From NCBI RefSeq assembly GCF_018977255.1, contig NW_024704743.1, positions 55,988,001 through 56,052,000 of the forward strand: 64,000 nucleotides of DNA, written 5' to 3'. The notes below the pieces were generated by a model, which made no database searches, was not told the origin of the DNA, and was given only the letters and a program-made list of their open reading frames with translations. Positions 37,670 to 50,924 of this stretch are shown piece by piece. Position 1 is the stretch's first letter; each line of letters starts with the position of its first letter. Made by a program: the position numbers and the translations under genes. The DNA is from Callorhinchus milii (lineage: Eukaryota).

Positions 37670-38080
37670 GCTGGCGAGGTACTGAGTCTGTCAGACCTAT
37701 AAAATTCCAGGTTCAATACCTGGTCTGTACAAAGTAAAGTGACCTCATCTCAGTGAAGAAATTCCATTTGGTCTAGACTTACACTGGTATTTGTAACATT
37801 TCAGAGTTTGCAGAATTTAGCAAATTCTTAAATCCACTTTTAACTTTGAAGTTAGTTTCCTGTAGTTCTTAAAGAGTCACAGAAAGTCAACTTCAAAATT
37901 AAGACTGCATTTAAGATTTGCCAAATTCTGCATGCTCATAAATTCTGAGGAAATACTGTGTAAGTCAAGCCTCAGGTGAAATTTCATCCACTGGGGCAGT
38001 AGCTTTATGTGAGGTGCCACAATTGGTCTCAGTGCCTTGGGCTGATTAGGGTGTAGGGGATCAGCCAAGGTTCTGATCTG
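37670..38080 (+). mobile_element. Family C SINE-like repeat split by a MITE
   Basis: CAGGTTCAATACCTGGTCTGT.. resumes GGGCAG..CACAATTGGTCTCAGTGCC after 37993. Confidence 0.65.
37751..37993. mobile_element. Palindromic MITE, copy 2
   Basis: Whole 243 bp is an imperfect inverted repeat centred ~37872 (CAGTGAAGAAATT..AATTTCATCCACTG). Confidence 0.85.
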
Positions 38081-38383
38081 TTCATGCTGTGTGCAATTGG
38101 CTGCCGCATTTCTGCTACAAAATACACAGTCAATTTATTTTGCAGTATATTCTGTGAAGTGCGTTGAGACATCTCACCGATGTGAAATGGCACTGTATCA
38201 AATGATTGTTATCAAGAAAAGGCACTATATTATTATGATTATTATCAAGAACCACCCCTACTGAAAAGTGCATTGTGTCATTCAGTGAGAGCAGGGTCAG
38301 GCTCAAATGGCATGCCACAAAATCAAACCCCTTGCTAGACTCATGGTCTAGTTGCAAATAAAAAAAATGGTCATGCTGCTGAG

Positions 38384-38778
38384 GTGCACTTCTGTAGGAT
38401 AGTGATTAGGGTGTTCGCCTCGCAAGTGAGGGGACCTGGGATTGATTACTGGGTGGAGCGAAACCTTAGACAAGTTTCCTTACTCCACATGCCTCTGTTT
38501 GCCTAGCAGTAAGTAGGAATCCAGTTGTTAGTCGAATGGCGGACTGATTTCCGGGGATAATAATTCCTTAAAAAAAAATTCCTTAAAAAATATATTAATA
38601 AGAATTTGGTCACTCAATCCAAGACTCTTTGTGGAACATTGCTGTGCGCAGTTGGCTGTCGCATTTTGCCCACAAAACATACAGTCAATTCACTTTGCAG
38701 TATATTCTGTGAAGCGTTTTGAGACGTCTCGAAGACGTGATTAGATGCTATATCAAATGCAAGGATTATTATTATTAC
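38384..38778 (+). mobile_element. tRNA-SINE family B, full length (long form)
   Basis: tRNA-like head, GCGAAAACCTTAGACAAGTTTCCTTACTCCACATGCCTCTGTTT body, (ATT)n tail. Confidence 0.9.
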
Positions 38779-38842
38779 TAATGCTCATGCAGCTGCATGT
38801 GTCATCTGAAGAAGGGGAGGAAGGGGGAAATTAAAAATGAAC

Positions 38843-39060
38843 TGCATTTTTTTCTTTGGTCAGCCAGGTCTGACACATGCTTAGAATCCAAACCAGACAC
38901 AAATTCCACCTATTTATGCCACCTACACATGGCAATTTCCCTGTGTCTGGAATTGAGCAAGCACTCTCTCCCTACCTTTTTCTGGAGAGTATTAGACGCA
39001 AGTGGCAAAAACCAAGACTTGTGGACCCCAGGAGTCCACAAGCTTTGGCATCGGCCAAAA
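38843..39060 (-). repeat. Family X 3' fragment
   Basis: rc GGTCCACAAGTCTTGGTTTTTGCCA..TCTGGTTTGGATTCTAAGCATGTGTCAGAC..GCTGACCAAAGAAAAAAA. Confidence 0.7.
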
Positions 39061-40579
39061 AATGTCAGATTCACAAAAGTCATGCTCTTTGGTGATCCAC
39101 TGATACAGTTGTTTTTGTCATACTTTAGACTGTCAAAAGTATGTGGTCTATGGTTGAGCCCTAGGGGCCCCCCTACCCCGTCCTCCTCTTGGCCCCTACC
39201 CCTCTTAAATCTAACTCCCACCTTGGGTGCAAACTATTGACTGTCCAGTGCCTTGGGATGTCCTCCCGATGTAAGAGGCACTATATGGATGCAATTTATC
39301 ATTGTTGTTGTCTCGTGGGTGGAATGACAGGCCAATGCTGCATTGGGGTATACAGATCTGAGTTAACTAATCTCAGCAGTTGAGATGCAACAATTGGACT
39401 CAATTCCCTGGATTAGGCGTGTTGAGATCACGAAGGACTCCAGCTCTGGTCACTATCTAGACTTGTGTGTGAGTGTCAGATGAGGGCAGGATTGAGCTAC
39501 TCTATCATGACTGCCACGGTTGAATAGGCAGCCAACATCCACTATCAAAGCAAACACATAAATACTGACTGCTTGGACAAGGTCCTAGAAACCGTTACAG
39601 CCATAACTGAAGCAGAAAGAGAAAAGGAGCCATAATTCTTACAGAAGACAAGGAGGATGAGGAGGTAAGGGCACAATATTGGTGGAAAATATAATAGTGG
39701 ATGCTGCTAAAAAATCATTCTGTATAGTTTTGGGGAAAATAGAGCATATTTTACCATCACAGCTGCAAGCATACATCCTATTATCCCCACTCAATTTGAT
39801 CATTTGCCAGCTGGCATGCTCTTTATGCCAAGGCCAGAATAGACCCTCAGATCTGTAATGAAGTGACTTGTACTTAGTAACAGAAGAGCTATTAATGCAG
39901 GGAAGAAATTAGCTGGTCGCTGATCTTAAAGCTGATCCCATGAACAGTCAGAAACAACTATAATTTAGTTTGGAGTCATTTGAGAAGAACTACTGCCAAA
40001 CAGTCCCAGGCAAGCTGCTGTATGAGGTATTGTAGTCAATAAGGAAGATGTTTCGAGAAATCCATTGCTCATTGTCAACCGAATATTTCAGACAGATATT
40101 GATAGTATTTTGTGACATCCTCATGACATTTAATGTGCAATTTAAAGTGTAAATAGTGTAGAGTTTTAATTATAGACATAATAATGTAAATTTATTCCAG
40201 GTGATTTTATCATTTTTCATTGTACGTATAATACAATCTACAGTATACTTGATATACAATGTACATAAAATGTGAGCTTTATAATGATGATAGCTCTTCC
40301 ATTTCACCATGTTTCTATGAAGTGCTGGACTGTATATGCAAATGTGGTGTCCAATTTCGGCACAGCAATGTCCCACAAACAGCCATGAAGTGAATGATTA
40401 ATTTATCTGGAAGATTAATGACCATAACATTGGAAGAAACCCCTATCCTTTTCAAATAGTGCCATGTAATCTCTCTTGGTAAGCTTCATGCAGGGAACTA
40501 CAAATCCTTATCTAAGTAGACATTGAGTAATAGTCAATAATTCAGAATACATAATTTACGTTTTGGAGCTCTAACAAAG

Positions 40580-40935
40580 CATAAGAAAACATAACATGTA
40601 GGAGCAAGGGGTAGGCCATTCGGCCCTTCGAGCCTGCCCCGCCATTCAATCATGGCTGATCTTCTAATCTAACTCCAGCTAATAACCTACCCTGCCTTAT
40701 CCCCATATCCCTTAATCCCTTTTGCAATAAGAAATCTATCTATCTCAGTCTTGAATATGTTCAAGGACTGAGCATCAACTACATTCACCTTCCTTTGAGT
40801 GAAGAAGTTCTTCCTCAACTCAGTGCGAAAGGGCTGACCTCTGATTTTAAGGTTGTGATCCCTGGTTTTAGTTTCTCCAACCAGGGGAAACAATCTACTA
40901 CTATCTACTCTATCATGCCATTTGATGATCTTATT
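40580..40935 (-). mobile_element. CR1 3' end
   Basis: ORF 40687-40980(-) LFPLVGETKTRDHNLKIRG..FFTQR..FKTEIDRFL. Confidence 0.95.
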
Positions 40936-41097
40936 GGTTTCTGTGATATCTTTGCAACCAACTTTTTCATCAGCTCTCATTCTTTTTAGAAAACATTGAA
41001 CCCATTTTCTCTTCTAGTGGTGTGTAGTTCCATAGGTTTCTGTCCTACTGCAAAAACTCTCCCAAATGTTCATCATTCATATGTGCGCCAGTTAGTG

Positions 41098-41482
41098 TCA
41101 TAAGAACATAAGAATTAGGGGCAAGAGTAGGCCATTTGGCCCCTCGAGCCTGCCCCGCCATACGATAAGATCATGGCTGATCTTCAGACCTAACTCAAAT
41201 TATCTGCCCTATCCCCATATCCCCTAATCCTTTTGTTTTTTAAAAATCTATCAGTCTCAGCCTTGAAGATGTTCAAGGACTGAGCATCTACAGCCTTCTG
41301 GGATAGTGAATTCCATAAATTCACTACTCTCTGAGTGAAGAAATGTTTCCTCAACTCTGTTCTAAAAGGCAGACCCTTAATTTTAAGACTGTGATCCCTG
41401 GTTATAGATTCTCCCACCAGGGGAAACAGACCCTTAGTGTCTACTTTATCCAGCCCTTTAAGAATCTTATATGTTTCAATAA
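41098..41482 (-). mobile_element. CR1 3' end, (TTCTTATG)n tail
   Basis: ORF 41190-41417(-) FFTQRVVNLWNSL. Confidence 0.95.
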
Positions 41483-42127
41483 GATCTCCCCTAATTCTTC
41501 TGTAGTGTCATTTATTTAACAATGGGAACAACTGCAGCCAATCCTCAATGTCCTCACCTAACATCCAGCCCTAACCAGGACCTCCTGCAAGGGTTGCTGG
41601 ATAATGATCTAGATGAGGAACCATGACTGATTTTCCCTTCCTTTAACATTAGATACGTTTAGCACTATTATCATTTTTACTGAAGATTGGAAATATATTA
41701 AAAGTTTATCAGACATTACTGAGGGTGAAACATGCTGCAGTTTTGTAAAGCGCGCATATATACTGTTGATACCGTACTTAGAAAACAAACAACAGTGCGC
41801 TCACATATACCAAAGGTCCATGATTATATTGATCCATGTCTGTTTCATGGATAGATCCCTTGAATTGGCAGTCTTACTTGGAGCAACCGCATGATGATAA
41901 ATAGGAAATTATGGCATTGCAAGTGCCCTTTTGTTGAAGCATGTTGTTGGAGCATCATAGAGGAGTTTTCCTAACTGAATATCATTGACCTGGGAATGCT
42001 TGATATTGCAACTGGGTGCCTGAAATGGAGAAAATTGGATTCCATTCGCCAAATTGACATCCTTCACCTTTTTTGATGATCATAGAAGCCATTAAAAGTT
42101 TCAGAATAAACTTCAGAATAACAGTAG

Positions 42128-42530
42128 CGACAGCTTGGCTGAGTTGGTAGCACTCCCACCTCTGAGTCAGAAGGTTATGGGTTCAAACCCCACTTTGTGA
42201 AGCTTAGAATCTGACACTCCAATGCAGCGTTAGGGTATGTGGCATTGTCGGAGATGCGAGCCTTCAGATGAGATGTTAACTTAAGATCCTGTTTGCTTGT
42301 TCAGGTGGTCGTTAAAGATACCATGGCACTATTGGAAAAGAGAAGGAAGTTTTTCCCCAGTGTCCTGGCTGACATTCTCCCAAATAAAATTGGTCACTCA
42401 CTCCATGGCTGTTCATGGGACATTGCTGTGTGCAAACTGGCTGTCCTGTTTCACCCACAAAGCAGTATATGCTGTGAAGTACTTTCAAATGTCTCAATGA
42501 TAAGGTGCCATGTCAAATGCAAAGATTATG
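42128..42530 (+). mobile_element. Deu-SINE family A, full length
   Basis: TGGCTGAGTTGG A-box, GGTTCAAACCC B-box, Deu core, tail. Confidence 0.9.
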
Positions 42531-42994
42531 AATCCTATAACGTACTTCTTACTGTTACTTTTCCATATGGATTAGCATGGAATTGATGTCTCCACATATA
42601 GGCAATTCCACTCCCATCTACAATAAACTCAAATGTCTCATTCACTGCATCTCAGATACACATCTATCCTGTCATTATTAATATTTATTTTCTTGAGACA
42701 TTAGAGACATCTTAAAACTATTTCTGAAGGAGTTGTTAAGAAATTTATTGCAAAATTAATATAAATTGGAAAGATGCATTCAATTTGGCACCTATATACC
42801 CTAAAATAACTAATCTTACTGAAAGTAGTTGACTTCAGAAAGAATTAGCATTATTTTCCACTTTGTGTCCTAAAAAATAGATTTAATTGCTGTCCCGAAT
42901 GGCTTATGTATTTATATTATTTTAACTTAAACATTTGTAACAATTGGCTAAAGCTATTTTCTCTTCACTTTATTGACTGCTAAATTTTTACATA

Positions 42995-43425
42995 CTGCTT
43001 CACTTTTGAGTCAGAAGGTTGTGGGTTCAAGCCCTATGTCAGGACTTGAATGCAGATAGTCTAAGCTGACTTGAACACACATAGTCTAAGCTGATGCTCC
43101 AATGCAGTACTAGGGGTATATTGCCTTGCCGGAAGTACCATCCTTCGGATGCCCCATTGAACCAAGACCTCGCATGTGAACTTTAAAGATCTCATAGCAA
43201 AAGAGAAGGAAGATTTTCCCAGTGTTCTGGCCAACAATCCCTGAAAAANGATTGGTCATTCACTTCTTGACTGTTTGTGGGACATTGCTGTTCGCAATTG
43301 TGCTGCCATGTTTGCCTACAAATACATTCATTCCCCTTCACAGCAAAACAGCGTGAAGTACCTTGGGACTTCCACCCAATGTAAAAGGCGCTATACCAAA
43401 GGATTATTATTATTATATTATTATT
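42995..43425 (+). mobile_element. Deu-SINE family A
   Basis: GAGTCAGAAGGTTGTGGGTTCAAGCCC head; (ATT)n tail; internal 25-bp tandem duplication. Confidence 0.85.
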
Positions 43426-45214
43426 AAAATGACATTTGGCCAATAAATTTCCTACCACAGATCATACAAAAACTACTGTACTTTATCTTGGATCCACACA
43501 CACTGTTTTTAATACTTACAGCAATTCCAACATAGAAACTCTTTGATTCCAAAAGGTATTTGAACAAAAACCTTGTAATTTCCTTCAACACCCACTGCTA
43601 ATCTCTATTGATAAGAGAAAGGCCAACACATCATTACATTTCATGCATATGTGTCATCATAAGATCATAAGATTGATTTAGATGAAGAAGGCTCTTAGAC
43701 CAATTTGATTTCCTTCCCATCTTATCTCATTTTTCCGGAATACTCCTACTGTATTCCCATCACAGCATGAAGCTGTTTTTTGAATGATTCCAGTGGCCTT
43801 GCTTCAACCATCCTTCCTGGCAACACATTTCAATTGTTAATTACCCTGTGTATAAAGAAAAACTTCCTGATGTCTGTGCTGAAATTGCCCTTCACAGCTC
43901 TAAACCCATGCCCTCTTGTTCATGATCTGAACAAATCACTTTGGCTTAAACAGCACATCTTCCTTTGTTCTATGGATTAACTAAATCGAAATGACAGTAT
44001 TTGACCTAAGGTGTTATTTTCCATGGCATGTTCAAAATCATGACTCTATTAAACTGATCTTGAAAAAATTGTAACATTATTGATGCCTCGCTTCAGAACA
44101 CAAACTGAGCCCCCAGCAGGAAGCCCCTATATGTCATTCTGATTTGTGAGAGACCTTGGTTCTGAGGCAATCTTGGGTCAGAGCCAAATGTCTTGTGAGT
44201 CTTTGTGATGCACTTATGTTTCCCTGGAACACATGACACAGTGGGAGGCTATTCAGCTCAATTTTTTGTGTCGGTGTTTGTTCCTCCAAGAAGTCATCCA
44301 TCTTAATCCCAATTCTCAATTCACTGCTCTTTCCCTGAAACCTCTAATGCCTTCCCTTTGTGCGTGCTTGTCCAATTCTTTTATAAATGCCATCAATTAA
44401 CTCTGTTCCAACAGCCATCCCTGTAAAAGCATTCCTTATCTTGACAGCCATAGAGAGAAGTTCTTCCAAAGCTCTCCTTTAACTCCGACAGATCATAATC
44501 TTAAAGTCATGCCTCTGATCCTCAAATCCCCTACCAGTAGAAATACTTTTTTTNCAATTAATTCTCAACCCTTTCACCCTGTATGAGATACAGTTCACAC
44601 CTCAAGATCCCTTTTCCAATGACTAAGGTGCCAGGAATGCTATCATTTTCCAAGGAGGATTTTTTTTCAAACCCACACCCCATTCTTGTCACACCACACA
44701 CTTTATATTTATGATTTAAGAAATGTTCTGTGATTCTGGACTGGCCCTGAGGGGTGATTCTCGACTACTAACTAGAAATGTGAAGTGAGTTCCACTCAGA
44801 GTATCAATGCTTTGCGTGTCTCTTTATGGCACTGTAAAGATTTTATAAATCACATTGATTTTATGCACCTCTCTTCCACTTCAGCTAGCGACATATGGGA
44901 ACGACATGGATCTTGCATTGGCTGAGCTAACCTCTCCAGTTGTTGGTGCTGAATTATTGATGTGCTTTGCTCATACACTTGGGTGAATTCTAACAGCACC
45001 ATTTCCTAGACAGTATTCTTTTTCCATAATAAAGTGTTGTAATGCTCTTGGGATCATGTTAAAGTTTAGACATTGTAATGTAATTTCCTCCTGTACTCTC
45101 TGTACAGGTTTACATACATAAATATGATTCATTTTCTTATCTAACATTATAGTGTTTGTAATGTATATGTGGTATTATGCTGATCAGCATCACACTCTAT
45201 AATGAAGGTATTGT

Positions 45215-45428
45215 AGAGCCTAATAATAATCCCTTCAAAAAACAAAAATAATTAGTCATTTTCAATCCAAGACTGTTTGTGGGACACTGCTGTGCGCAAT
45301 TGGCTGCTGTGTTTCGCCCACAAATATACAGTAAATTCACTTTACAGTATATTCTGTGAAGCGCTTTGAGACATTGAGAAGACATGAGAAAATGCTATAT
45401 CAAATGCAAGGATTATTTATTTATTTAA
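45215..45428 (+). mobile_element. SINE family B, short form, 5'-truncated
   Basis: Begins GCCTAATAATAATCCC (deletion junction); AGAA-type tail loop. Confidence 0.85.
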
Positions 45429-45819
45429 GCTATAATGATCCAACTGAAGTGACTCATAATGGTGTATCGCAAAGCGGTAACAACTAATTCTGCTCCAACT
45501 TCACTGATCTCATTCTACCAACAGCTCCCACTTGCTTCAGTCACAGGTAAAGTTATCTTGCCAGATTCTCCTCTTCTACAGTGTCACAGTTTTTTTTTAA
45601 AAAAATTAAAGAAAAAAATTGTTTAAAAAAAGCTTTTGTTTACAGTGCTTATACACATAAGGTGTATTATGTGCATATATCTCTAGGTTAAAAATGATGC
45701 AGCAGGGGCCTAACTTATACCATTCGTTAATTCGAGAGAATTTACACTACTTGTTTAGATTGGAATTCCCCTTGAAAGTGCAATGTGACATTTCGCTAGA
45801 GAATGCAAATTGGGCTCCA

Positions 45820-46155
45820 ATAAATAATAATCCTTGCATTTGATATTATGTCTTTCACATAATTTAGAGGCATGTCTCAAAGGCTTCATATAAATTACTA
45901 TAAAGTGTAGTCACTGCATTTTTGTGGATGAATGTGGCAGCTTATTTGTACACAGAAATGCTCAACAAACAAACATTTCATGGAATGAAAGACAATTTTA
46001 TTATTCTCGGAGTGCTGGCCAGGATACTGGGAGAAATTCCCTCTCCAGGTATTCTGAAGTGGGCAGACTACCACGGTTTAACACCTCATATAAAGGACAG
46101 AACCTCCAACACTGTAGCACTACTCCAACACTGCACTGGAGTGTCAGCTCAGATG
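45820..46155 (-). mobile_element. Deu-SINE family A
   Basis: rc tail AATAATCCTTGCATTTG to CACTGCACTGGAGTGTCAGC. Confidence 0.8.
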
Positions 46156-46379
46156 ATCCTTTTGGCTTTTGGGGTTTTAAATATCAGGTGTTAGCAAAGT
46201 TACCACAGGGATATTTGGCTTGTGGCATAGTGATCCTGCTTTTTAATTCTTCAGTGTGGGCTCATTCTATCATTTTGAACCAGAATTCACCAAGTGTTGG
46301 ATTGTTCACCTATTAATATAATAATAATCCTTGCATTTGATATAGCTCATTATCACGTCTTCAAGGTATCTCAATATGA

Positions 46380-46897
46380 AATGTGCTGCATTGTTGGGGG
46401 TGCTGTTCTTCAGATGAGATGTTAAACTGAGGTTTCATCTGTTAAAGAACCTATGGCACTATTTGAAAAGAGAAGAGAGTTTCTCCCAGTGTCCTGGTTA
46501 ACAATCCTCCAGATAAAACTGATCATTAATTTCATGGCTGTTTGTGGGACATTGCTACATACAGATTAGCTACCATATTTGCATACAAAATACACAGGAT
46601 AAACCAAAATACACTTTAAGATATAAAATACACATTAATAATATTTACAGACCTTATTTACCTATAGAGTAGTGGGAGTGTGGAACATGCTACCACAAGG
46701 AGTTGTTGAGGCAAATAGCATAGATATATTTAAGGGAAAGCTAGATAACTACATGAGGGAGAAAGGGATAGAAGGTTATGCTTGAAGGTTTAGTTTTGGA
46801 AAGGCAGGAGGAGGCTCATATGGAGCATAAACACCAGCATAGACCAGTTGGGCCGAATGGCCTGATTCTGTGCTATATATTCTAATATATTCTATGT
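46380..46897 (+). mobile_element. Deu-SINE fragment (46380-46600) followed by CR1 3' end (46655-46897)
   Basis: Deu core; RVVGVWNMLP..FKGKLD; GGGCCGAATGGCCT and (ATTCTA) tail. Confidence 0.85.
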
Positions 46898-46919
46898 TGT
46901 TACGGATAGCCTGTTTTTA

Positions 46920-47060
46920 TGCATCGGCAGTACTTGAAATCACAGACCAGTCACTGGGGACAGAGAATAATCCCACTCAGCTCCTCTTAACCCTGCAAGT
47001 CAAAGCCTAACAGGCAGGGTGGTCTTAGCTGGACAAGCAGCAGGAAAGCTTGCCAGACAG
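46920..47060 (+). repeat. Family X internal fragment
   Basis: CCAGTCACTGGGG..CCCACTCAGCTCCTCTTAACCCTGCAAG..GAAAGCTTGCCAGACAG. Confidence 0.85.
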
Positions 47061-47608
47061 TTCGGTCTTTATGTATTATTTTACAACTAACAGTGAAAAT
47101 TGTTGGCTTTCGGCAGGAACACAAGATAAATACAATATCTCGTTCCTAGCGTTTTGACGGTGACGTCAGTAAAACAACAACAACTTGCATTTATATAGCA
47201 CCATCCACATGGGTGACATCCCAGAGCACTTGAGAAAACTATGCTGGAGAGAAAAAATGAAGCCTTGTGACAATATCTATGAGAGGAAGCTTTTAACATA
47301 TCTGGTGAACGTTTGCTCTACAACTAGTTCAGGAAATGATGATTGTCTCTTATAATAGGTTATTCAGCCATTATTTAATGAAGCTGGTTTCAGTGAAAAT
47401 ACTGCTAACGAAGGTGGTGGTGGAGAAATATTATTACAGAAATTTTATAGTGCTGTGGTATCTTTGTTATTAGACCTCATATGAAGACTTCTTATCTATA
47501 TATAATATACTATCATAGATCTGCAATTGTGCTTGACTGTAGTAGGAGCACACCAATTCAGAATTCCCTGCCTGGTCATCTGATAGTTGTTTTAGGTTTT
47601 TATTGTAG

Positions 47609-47747
47609 GAGGGGTTGCAAGTCATGGCAGCTATCGGCACAGTGAAGATGGGTGTACTGCAAACAGAAGCTTAAAGTGACGCATTAGGAATTCCAAAGCT
47701 TTTGACACCATCATGGACCATCTTGATTGTAGATCAATACACATTGG
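47609..47747 (+). other. Candidate exon (mostly UTR; possible ATG at 47713)
   Basis: Acceptor TTTTTATTGTAG, donor TGG|GTAAGT, higher GC than flanks, ATCATGG Kozak context. Confidence 0.4.
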
Positions 47748-49010
47748 GTAAGTACAAGGAAATATTTCTCAGTGGTTAGTTTTGTATGGAATAATGTACT
47801 TATCTTTGTATTTATGGAATAATGAATTTATCTTTGACTATCAATATCCCTTTTCAAAAATAATTGTGCAATTTTAATAGTGTAATAAAATTTAATAGTT
47901 CAATAAAATTAGCAATGTTACAAACAAAAGATAAAACCAGCCTATCCACTGATATAAAACATTAAGATATAACATGCTGGAACGTTGCGGTACACAAATT
48001 TACCACTATGTTTGTCAATTAAATTCTTTCCAACACACACTATAGATTGATAACAAGATTTTTATTGCATTATATACTGTTTACAAATTATTATTATTAA
48101 TAATAATCCTTGCATTTGGTGTCATGCCTTTCAGTAGGTAGAACGTCTCACCATCTGTACACTGAGATGGTGCACTCATCAGTCAGCTGTGGCTACTTAG
48201 CTGAAATGTACTGACTGTAGCATTGTCTAAATGGCATCTCTCCATTTCTTTCACCAGTTCTTTCAGCTTAACAAATGATCTGTACATTCCAACACCCCAA
48301 ACACATGTTCATTTGTCCTGTTAACAGGCTATTTCTCATACTTACAGCCATTAAAACATAGGCTTCAGAAAAACTTTAACTTGGACTCCTTGAAATATGA
48401 TATCCACTCTTGGAATTTCGAATTGTTTCTTCTTTCAGTAAAGTGTGAGGTAATTGACTCCATACCAAGTACTTTGATGTCCAAATGTGGTTTGGGATAG
48501 TGGAAGCAATTTGGAGGACTAGGTGGGTCATGATGGCAAACCTTTTAACACACATAAATCTTTAACAGATAAGATGATCTGGAGTAAAATGCCAACATTA
48601 TGATCTCAGCAGATTAATCATTATAATATGCCTTCTTATTCCCCAGGCCATATTATGAAGATATTTATGGTACAGATGTGGTGTTGACCTTATCCACATT
48701 TACCATTCCTGATGTAATGTGATGTAATTCCAAATGCACTCAGACGCGCCTTCCAGAGTGAAGGGTACTATATAAATGCAAGTTGTTGTTGTTGTTGTAA
48801 TTGTTTGGGCAGTGGATTCAAGGAGAGAAGGGAGGAAGGAAATGGGAAGGAATATCCTGTTAGGGAAGCTCCTCCGCAAATCCCTTTGCTGTTTTGTGAG
48901 CATTAACGATCTTATAGCATTATTCTAAAAGATAAGAGTTTCTCCCAGTTCCCTGGCCAACAAAAAGGGCACCACACTTGACAATGAATAGTAAAGCACG
49001 TTGAGTAATT

Positions 49011-50385
49011 TCTTAGATAAGGAGACCAAAACTGCACACAATATTCCAGGTGCGGTCTCACCAAGGCCCTATACAATTGCAGCAAGACTTCCCTACTCTT
49101 GTACTCTAACCCCTTTGCAATAAACTCTAACATGCTATTAGCCTTCCTAATTGCTTGCTGTACCTGCATACTAACTTTCTGTGATTGGTGTACAAGGATA
49201 CCTAAATCCCTCTGAATGCTAACACTATCCAGTCTCTCCGCTGCTAGAAAATAATCTGCTTTTCATTTTTGCTACCTAGGTGAATAACTTCACTTTTCCC
49301 CACATTATACTCCATCTGCCACCTCCTTGCCCACTCATTTAACCTGTCTATATCCATTTGCATCCTCCTTGTGTCCTCCTCACAGCTTACTTTCCCACCT
49401 AGCTTTGTATCATCTGTGAATTTAGATACATTAAGCTCTATTTCCTCATCTAAGTCATTGATGTAGACTGTAAACAGTTGAGGCCCAAGCACTGATCCTT
49501 GCGGCACTCCACTAGTCACAAACTGCCAATCTGAGAAGGACCCGTTTATCCCTACTCTCTGTTTTCTGCCTGTTAACAAATCTTCGATCCATGCTAATAT
49601 ATTAGCCTTAATTCCATGAGCCGTAATCTTATGTAACAACCTTTTACGTGGCACCTTGTCGAATGCCTTCTGAAAATTCAATTTCACAATATCCACTGGT
49701 TCCCCCCTATCTTGCTAGTTACATCTTCAAAAAACTCCAAAAGATTTGTTAAACATGATTTCCCTTTCATAAAACCGTGTTGACTCTGCCTAATCATATT
49801 ATGACTTTCTAAGTGACCCACAACGATGTCCCTAATTATGGACTCTAGAATTTTCCTGACCACCAATGTCAGGCTAATTGGTCTATAGTTCCCCATTTTT
49901 TCTCTCCCACCCTTCTTAAATAGCAGTGTTACGTTTGCAACCTTCCAATCAATGGGAACCGTTGATGCAGGCCATCAGGTCCAGAGGATTTATCAGTTTT
50001 AGTCCCATCAATTTCTCTAGTACTATTACTTTATTAATATTAATTTATTTAAGTTCCTCAGTAACATTAGTCTCTTGGTTCCCCACTAATTTTGGTGAGT
50101 TTTTAGTGTCTTCCAATGTGAAGTCAGAAGCTAAGTATTTGCTTAGTGACTCTGTCACTTCTTTATTCCCCATTATAATTTCTCCTGTCTCTGCCTGTAA
50201 GGGACCCACATTTACTTTTGTTAATCTCTTCCTTTTTATACACTTGTAAAAGCTGTTACAATCTGTCTTTATATCTCTAGCTAGTTTACTCTCATATTCC
50301 ATTTTCTCCCTCTTAATCAGTTTCTTGGTTATCCTTTGTTGATCTCTAAAGCCCTCCCAATCCTCAGGTTTACAGTTCTTTTTGT
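49011..50385 (-). mobile_element. CR1 LINE RT region, defective
   Basis: [55 protein letters not shown]. Confidence 0.97.
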
Positions 50386-50391
50386 AAAGAG

Positions 50392-50795
50392 CTCAAAGCG
50401 CTTTACCGAATATACTGTAAAGTGAATTGACTATATTTTGTGGATGAAACACGGCAGCCAATTGCGCATAGCGGTGTCCCACAAACAATCGGGGATTGTG
50501 TGACCAAATTATTATTTTTTTTGAAGGTTTACAGACTAACCGGATTCCTGCTTAATGCTACATTTGTGGGTGATTCGCCCATAAATGTGCAGTCAATTCA
50601 CTTTATAGAATATTCTGTGAAGTGCTTTGAGACATCTAGACGATGTGAAAGGCGCTATAATAAATGCAGTTATTATTATTACATAAACAGAAGCATGTGG
50701 AGCAAGGAAACTTGCAAGGCAACATTTCCTCCACCGGGAATTGAACCCAGGTACTCTCGCTTGCCAGGCAAGTGCACAAACCATCAAGCTACACG
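50392..50795. mobile_element. SINE B fragments: minus-strand body and head split by a plus-strand SINE tail (~50570-50680)
   Basis: Opposed AGTCAATTCACTTTA blocks; rc tRNA head at 50700-50795. Confidence 0.7.
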
Positions 50796-50924
50796 ATGGG
50801 GGAAGAGTATGGGCGCATAAAACCCAAATCTAACCTGCGGGTATTAAATCTTAAAAAAANGTACTCAAATCGGTGCACTTCATTGTTTAGTTAAAATTAA
50901 CCATAAATATTAAGTAAGCTCCAA

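Noticed and set aside
47785..47836. 28-bp tandem duplication (also a 25-bp one at ~43044-43094)
   Set aside because: Two-unit slippage duplications with no spacers; not CRISPR-like or array-like.
32700..50865. Single N bases at 32704, 43249, 44554 and 50860
   Set aside because: All sit at the ends of A/T homopolymers; assembly ambiguity, not biology.
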